From Candidatus Heimdallarchaeota archaeon (GTDB lineage: Archaea; Asgardarchaeota; Heimdallarchaeia; Heimdallarchaeales; Heimdallarchaeaceae), in NCBI GenBank assembly GCA_019057815.1, contig JAHLWR010000001.1:32001-96000 (forward strand): DNA of 64,000 nucleotides, read 5' to 3'. Shown here in pieces: positions 59,051 through 64,000 of this stretch. Each line of letters begins with the position of its first letter. The stretch's first letter is position 1. The position numbers and the translations under genes were made by a program. A model generated the notes under the pieces. That model saw only the letters and a list, made by a program, of their open reading frames with translations, did not search any database and was not told the DNA's origin.

Positions 59051-60301
59051 TCAAAATAGACCAATATCTTTTCTATGAAACAGTTTTCCTTTGATTTTTG
59101 GAATATCTGCCATGACACTCTCACGTGCATCTTGTAATGTCGTTCCTGTTCCAACCACTGCGATAGCTCTACTCTTTGTGGTTAATATTTGATTATCACG
59201 TCTGTATACTGATGCATAATATAAATCATAATTTTGTGAATCTTTAACTTCAATAAATTGATTTTCCAATGGTTTAGTGGGATATCCTTCAGGAACCAAG
59301 TACACACATGAAGTAGCTAAAGGAGAGAATGCTACATTTTTCAAGTTTTGATCAATCATACTCAAACATACACTGTTAAAACCTGTTTCTTGAATTTTTA
59401 AAACATTTAATGCCTCAGGATCACCAAATCTAGCATTAAACTCTACTAAGAAAATCCCATTGTCTGTCTTCATAAATTGTCCATACAAGACTCCTATATA
59501 TGAAAAACCAGTCTTTTTATGAATTATTTCAACAACTTTCTTCATAATTTTGAGTGCTGAAACTGTATCCGCACTGGACAAATATGACAAAGAATGTGAT
59601 GGTAAGGAATATGAACCCATACTTCCAGTATTTGCTCCTTTATCACCATCAAATGCTCTTTTATAATCTTTAACAAGTGGCATTGGAATCAAAGTTTTTC
59701 CATCAGTATAGGTTTGAAGAGAAAATTCTTTTCCCATCAGTTTTTCTTCAATTATAAACTGTGATTGTTGCTTTTGAAGGATTTCAACGTAATCTTTAGC
59801 TTGATCATAATTTGAAAAATGATCACCATATACTCTCACTCCTTTCCCACCTGTCAGACCATCAGGTTTAATCGCTATCTCTATTCCAAACTCTTTTATC
59901 GCATTTTTAAAATCATCTAGTGAGCTACAAATCCTGTATTTTGGATTACCTGGAAGGTTATTTTCGTCTAGTAACTTTCTCGCATAAATTTTACTTGATT
60001 CGATTTGAGATACGACCTTTCTAGGACTACAGGTTGGTATATCTAGTTTCTCCTCAAGATAATCTGCTATACCCTCTGCTAAAGGTTGTTCAGGTCCAAC
60101 TATAGCATAGTCTACTGATTTAAAATTGTCCAACTTTTTGAAATCGTTCAAATTACCTATCAAGAACTTTTGCGATAAATCAGCAATTCCTGGATTTTCT
60201 TTTGACATATAAGAGAATAAGATACCATTATCTTCTACAATTTTTTTGGCTATTGCATGTTCCCTTGCCCCATTTCCAACAAGTAATACTTTGTAAGACA
60301 T
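59051..60301 (-). CDS. purD: Phosphoribosylamine-glycine ligase
   Basis: GNGAREHA, VGPEQPL, KPDGLTGGKGV, NTGSMG, EFNARFGDPE. Confidence 0.96.
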   Translation of the reverse strand: MSYKVLLVGNGAREHAIAKKIVEDNGILFSYMSKENPGIADLSQKFLIGNLNDFKKLDNFKSVDYAIVGPEQPLAEGIADYLEEKLDIPTCSPRKVVSQIESSKIYARKLLDENNLPGNPKYRICSSLDDFKNAIKEFGIEIAIKPDGLTGGKGVRVYGDHFSNYDQAKDYVEILQKQQSQFIIEEKLMGKEFSLQTYTDGKTLIPMPLVKDYKRAFDGDKGANTGSMGSYSLPSHSLSYLSSADTVSALKIMKKVVEIIHKKTGFSYIGVLYGQFMKTDNGIFLVEFNARFGDPEALNVLKIQETGFNSVCLSMIDQNLKNVAFSPLATSCVYLVPEGYPTKPLENQFIEVKDSQNYDLYYASVYRRDNQILTTKSRAIAVVGTGTTLQDARESVMADIPKIKGKLFHRKDIGLF

Positions 60302-60304
60302 TTC

Positions 60305-61702
60305 TTATCCCTCTTCATAATGGCTTCTATTTATTATTTCACCATTCAAATACTTGATCCGAAGCTCCGCAGCGAATTGTGTAGGATAACTTCCAGATAA
60401 ACATGCTGTGCATAAATCATTAATCCCAATTGATTTTTTTAGCGATTCTATTTTTTGATAATATAAATTATCGACATCTAATATTTCCTTGATTTGCTTC
60501 AAAGTATTTCCAGAAGCTATTACTTCTTCATCAGATGGGAAATCAATTCCATAGTAACATGCAAAACGTATAGCTGGACATGTAATAGCGAAGTGAATTT
60601 GATCTACACCTAAAGAGCGTAAATCGCGTATTATTTTCTGACTAGTTAGTCCCCTTACTATTGAATCATCAACAAGTAGAATCTTCTTTCCTTTAATGTA
60701 TGAAGGTATATAGAGGTACTTTCTTTTTGCGGCGTTTGTTCTCTCTTTTTCGCTCTTCATGATAAAAGTTCTTTGTAAATATCGGTTTTTTATAATTGCT
60801 TCCCTAACAGGTATGTTCAACTCCTCAGAAAGACCTTGAGTAGCTGGTCTAGATGTGTCAGGGACTGGGATAATATAATCTATCTCAATATCATCTTGTT
60901 GGATTCTATGGGAGAGTTCCCTACCAAGTGATAACCTGATATCATATACCAATTGTTTCTCAATAACTGAACATGGGTTTGCAAAGTAAACATATTCAAA
61001 CATGCAGTGAGCGTGATCAGCATTGCAAAGTTGAGCTCGTTCAAGTGAATTTTCTGAAAAAATAATTAGCTCTCCTGGTTTAACATCATCAAATTCCGTT
61101 ATACCCATATTCTGGAGAACCACACTCTCTGAAGCAATTACAGTTAGAGAACCATTTTTCCCTATCACAAGAGGACGAATCCCTTTAGGATCTCTGAAAG
61201 TGAACAAGGTTTTTCCAAGTAATCCAATAATTGAATAGCTCCCATCAATGCTATCTATAAAATCTTTAACGGATAATTTGATATCTCCTTTGTTTCTATC
61301 AAGTAGATCCCCTAGAAAATCTGCAATAAAATTGGCATCACTTTCATACTTCCTTGAGGTTAGTTGAGAGAGATTGGTTGTATTGCCATTATGAACAATA
61401 ACTAAAGTGCCATATTTACTTTTCACGGAAAAAGGTTGAGCGAAATTATCAACATTCGTGAAATTAGTTCTAGTCCCAAAAGTAGGGTACCTGGTAGAAC
61501 CTAAGAGAAAAATAGCTTTTTCATCTTCACTAACTTTCAATAAATCAGGATAAGCATCAATCTTACTAATAGATAATTTGTTGTCATTTTCTGAAATCCA
61601 AGCTAAGCCACTTGCATCTTGTCCTCTATGAGTTAACATTTGGAGTAGAATTTTACCTTGCTCAAGCGTTGTTTCACCTTTAACTCCTAGAACACCACAC
61701 AT
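60305..61702 (-). CDS. purF: Amidophosphoribosyltransferase
   Basis: MCG start, HRGQD, CMFEYVYFA, VDDSIVRG, CTAC. Confidence 0.96.
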   Translation of the reverse strand: MCGVLGVKGETTLEQGKILLQMLTHRGQDASGLAWISENDNKLSISKIDAYPDLLKVSEDEKAIFLLGSTRYPTFGTRTNFTNVDNFAQPFSVKSKYGTLVIVHNGNTTNLSQLTSRKYESDANFIADFLGDLLDRNKGDIKLSVKDFIDSIDGSYSIIGLLGKTLFTFRDPKGIRPLVIGKNGSLTVIASESVVLQNMGITEFDDVKPGELIIFSENSLERAQLCNADHAHCMFEYVYFANPCSVIEKQLVYDIRLSLGRELSHRIQQDDIEIDYIIPVPDTSRPATQGLSEELNIPVREAIIKNRYLQRTFIMKSEKERTNAAKRKYLYIPSYIKGKKILLVDDSIVRGLTSQKIIRDLRSLGVDQIHFAITCPAIRFACYYGIDFPSDEEVIASGNTLKQIKEILDVDNLYYQKIESLKKSIGINDLCTACLSGSYPTQFAAELRIKYLNGEIINRSHYEEG

Positions 61703-61704
61703 TA

Positions 61705-62310
61705 TTATTCCTCAACAATTATTTTTCGTTCTTTTATGCTTATTTTACCTTCAGAAATCAGTTTTAATGCAAGGGGTAATATCTCATGTTCGTGTTTTAG
61801 AATTTTCTGAGATAAAGATTCCTCTGTATCGTCGTTACTAATTTCTACCGCTCTCTGTAGTATTATAGGACCATAATCCACTTCCTCACTTGCAAAATGG
61901 ACAGTACATCCAGAGATTTTGGATCCATGATTGAGAGCTTGTTTTTGTGCTTTTAAACCTGGAAAAGCGGGAAGGAGAGAAGGATGAATGTTTACAATTC
62001 TATTAATGAATGTATTTACAAAGAAAGGAGTAAGGATTCTCATAAATCCAGCTAATACTATGAGATCGATATCATGTTTGTGCAATACTTTTACCAATTG
62101 ATTATCATATTCTTCTCTGGAATTATAGGAATTTGATTCAAGAATGATAGCTTTTTTATTATATTCCTTAGAATATTTCAAACCTTCAGCATCTCGTTTA
62201 TCTGAAATAATAAGACTAACTATTGCTTTACCAAGAGAACCTTTTCGTTCAGATTCCAGTATAGATTTAAGGTTTGAGCCTCTTCCTGATATTAATACTG
62301 CTAGTCTCAT
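61705..62310 (-). CDS. purN: Phosphoribosylglycinamide formyltransferase (folate-dependent)
   Basis: ISGRGSNL, LAGFMRIL, NIHPSLLP, GCTVH..., DYGPII. Confidence 0.96.
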   Translation of the reverse strand: MRLAVLISGRGSNLKSILESERKGSLGKAIVSLIISDKRDAEGLKYSKEYNKKAIILESNSYNSREEYDNQLVKVLHKHDIDLIVLAGFMRILTPFFVNTFINRIVNIHPSLLPAFPGLKAQKQALNHGSKISGCTVHFASEEVDYGPIILQRAVEISNDDTEESLSQKILKHEHEILPLALKLISEGKISIKERKIIVEE

Positions 62311-62314
62311 TAAA

Positions 62315-64000
62315 TCACCGAGTTAGTTGTACATCATAATCAGGAATTTTCACTATTGGTTCTTCAATTATTTGTCCTAAAATGTGAGAATCAAAATACT
62401 TGTTTAAATGATAAAGAACTTTCTCTCTTTCTTCTTCAGGAACAACAACTACAAAACCTATTCCCATATTAAATGTAGAAAACATCTCATCGTAGGAAAT
62501 TTTTCCCAATTTTTGAATCTCTTCGAAAATTTTTGAAGGCCTTGGAAAATGTTTCAAAAGAAACCCGTTCTCTGTCAATCTGAATAATTTGGAGAAACCT
62601 CCTCCAGTAATATGAGCTAAGCCACGTACATCGTAATTATCAATAAGAGATTCTATGACTTCAGAATAGATTCGCGTTGGTGTTAGTAATTCATCACTTA
62701 GTTTTTTTTGTCCATCAAATACATCATCTAACTGATAATTACTTAGTAGAACTTTACGGGCTAATGTATAGCCGTTTGAATGTATCCCACTACTTGATAT
62801 CCCAAGTACAACATCTCCCACTTTTATATTCGAACCATCAATAAGTTTGTTTAAATGAACCATACCTAGAGCTGTCCCTACTAGGTCGAAAGGTTTCCCT
62901 GAACCCTTAAGCATTTCAGGAACAGTAGCTAATTCACCACCTATTAAAGGAGTAGAAGCGATTTCACATCCTTTATACAAACCTTTCATAATTTCTTCAA
63001 TCATATCAGCATTTAACTCTGCAACTGCCAAATAGTCCACAAAAGCCTTAGGAACTATTCCCATCGCTAGTAAATCATTTACATTCATAGCGACGCAATC
63101 AATTCCAATAGTGTCAAACTTGTTGACTTTCTGTGCAACAAGTAATTTTGTTCCTACACCATCTGTTACAAGAGCTAAACCTTGATCACCATACTTTATC
63201 AAGTTGGCATAATGACCTTCTCTTCCAACAACATCTCCAAACTCAAAAGTGTTCTTAACATGTTCATTTATTATTTTCAACACTTTGGATTCTAATTTTA
63301 AATCAACACCAGCTTCAGAATAGGAAGAAGGGATTTTTTCTTCATCTTTTTTTTCATCTTTTTCATCTTTTTCATCTTTTAGAGAATTAACAAATTCCTC
63401 TACAATTTTTGAAGCTATACCAACATAGTTCATTGGTTCAAGGATAGAATCAATTTCATCTTCTGAAAAGAATTCCCTGACAGTTTCATTATCTTTTGTT
63501 GCTTGCATAAAATTATCCTGATTAGACAATTGTTTCAAAAGATCATGTGCTTTTTGTCTTCCCATCTTATCACTTAATCTAATCATCAAATGTTCAGAGC
63601 ATTGAGCTCCATTCCTTAAATAGAGGTTTTTCTTAATTTTTTCTTCATTAAACTGAAGAGAACTGAGAACTTGATTCATCTGTAATAGAATATAATGAGT
63701 TAAAATGGAAGTTTCAGCTAAAATCAACCTTTCAGAGCTTGAATTCGTGAGATCTCTTTCATGTTCTAAACACACATTATCAAATGAAACTTGAACAGCA
63801 GAACGAATGTTTCGAGCTAAGCCAGATATTCTCTCACTTTTTTCAGGATTACGTTTTTGTGGCATTGTTGAAGAACCAACTTGAGCCTTGTCGAAAGATT
63901 CTCTGATTTCATCAATCTCCGTTCTCTGTAGATTTCTTATTTCTCTAGCAAAATGATCTAATACTGTGGCAATTAAACCTAAAGCGTAAACATACTTCGA
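62315..64000 (-). CDS. purB-purM: Adenylosuccinate lyase - AIR synthetase fusion (PurB-PurM), 5' end beyond window
   Basis: The frame is open to position 64000 (...EIRNLQRTEI...GSSTMPQKRNP, HERDL = PurB). After a KDE linker come YSEAGVD, TDGVGTK, DCVAMNVND, SSGIHSNG, AHITGGG, FNMGIG (PurM). Confidence 0.92.
   Translation of the reverse strand, partial: SKYVYALGLIATVLDHFAREIRNLQRTEIDEIRESFDKAQVGSSTMPQKRNPEKSERISGLARNIRSAVQVSFDNVCLEHERDLTNSSSERLILAETSILTHYILLQMNQVLSSLQFNEEKIKKNLYLRNGAQCSEHLMIRLSDKMGRQKAHDLLKQLSNQDNFMQATKDNETVREFFSEDEIDSILEPMNYVGIASKIVEEFVNSLKDEKDEKDEKKDEEKIPSSYSEAGVDLKLESKVLKIINEHVKNTFEFGDVVGREGHYANLIKYGDQGLALVTDGVGTKLLVAQKVNKFDTIGIDCVAMNVNDLLAMGIVPKAFVDYLAVAELNADMIEEIMKGLYKGCEIASTPLIGGELATVPEMLKGSGKPFDLVGTALGMVHLNKLIDGSNIKVGDVVLGISSSGIHSNGYTLARKVLLSNYQLDDVFDGQKKLSDELLTPTRIYSEVIESLIDNYDVRGLAHITGGGFSKLFRLTENGFLLKHFPRPSKIFEEIQKLGKISYDEMFSTFNMGIGFVVVVPEEEREKVLYHLNKYFDSHILGQIIEEPIVKIPDYDVQLTR
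63341..63379 (-). repeat. 9-bp repeat (AAAGATGAA) x4 encoding the KDE linker of PurB-PurM
   Basis: TTCATCTTT units at 63341, 63353, 63362 and 63371. Confidence 0.85.

Noticed and set aside
1-64000. CRISPR array, cas genes, rRNA genes
   Set aside because: No regularly spaced repeats, Cas motifs or rRNA-like GC-rich blocks were seen.

Overview
A 64 kb, AT-rich (roughly 30% GC by eye) archaeal chromosomal segment. It is most likely from an Asgard archaeon of the Heimdallarchaeia type. This is inferred from a TPR protein with a C-terminal longin-like domain, a C1:G72 intron-containing tRNA-Tyr, AOR, ADP-forming acyl-CoA synthetase, PAC2 and CdvA-like proteins. The first ~10 kb looks like an accessory or defence island. 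It holds a Schlafen/AlbA_2 protein, a 7.4 kb cassette (secreted protein plus FtsX/LolD-type ABC exporter) bracketed by a 26-bp direct repeat, phage-like small ORFs and a HEPN-like pseudogene. The rest is mostly core genome: tungsten AOR plus ferredoxin, superoxide reductase, a non-autonomous IS605/IS1341 element whose tnpB has one nonsense codon, tRNA-Tyr(GTA), a MoxR/DUF58 membrane operon, acdAB, alaX, an ABC-2 operon, nfu and a purine cluster containing a PurB-PurM fusion. There are two best candidates for an undescribed system. (1) A secreted or membrane DUF2207-like protein ending in G6-(Cys-Ala)6-GGGR, translationally coupled to an RRE(PqqD)-radical SAM/SPASM maturase and followed by a methyltransferase. 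This looks like a RiPP-like modification system whose 'precursor peptide' is the tail of a membrane protein. (2) An unassigned ~240-nt, ~49% GC multi-hairpin RNA, bracketed by inverted repeats, directly upstream of a winged-helix gene. All family assignments are from motif recognition only; no searches were run.
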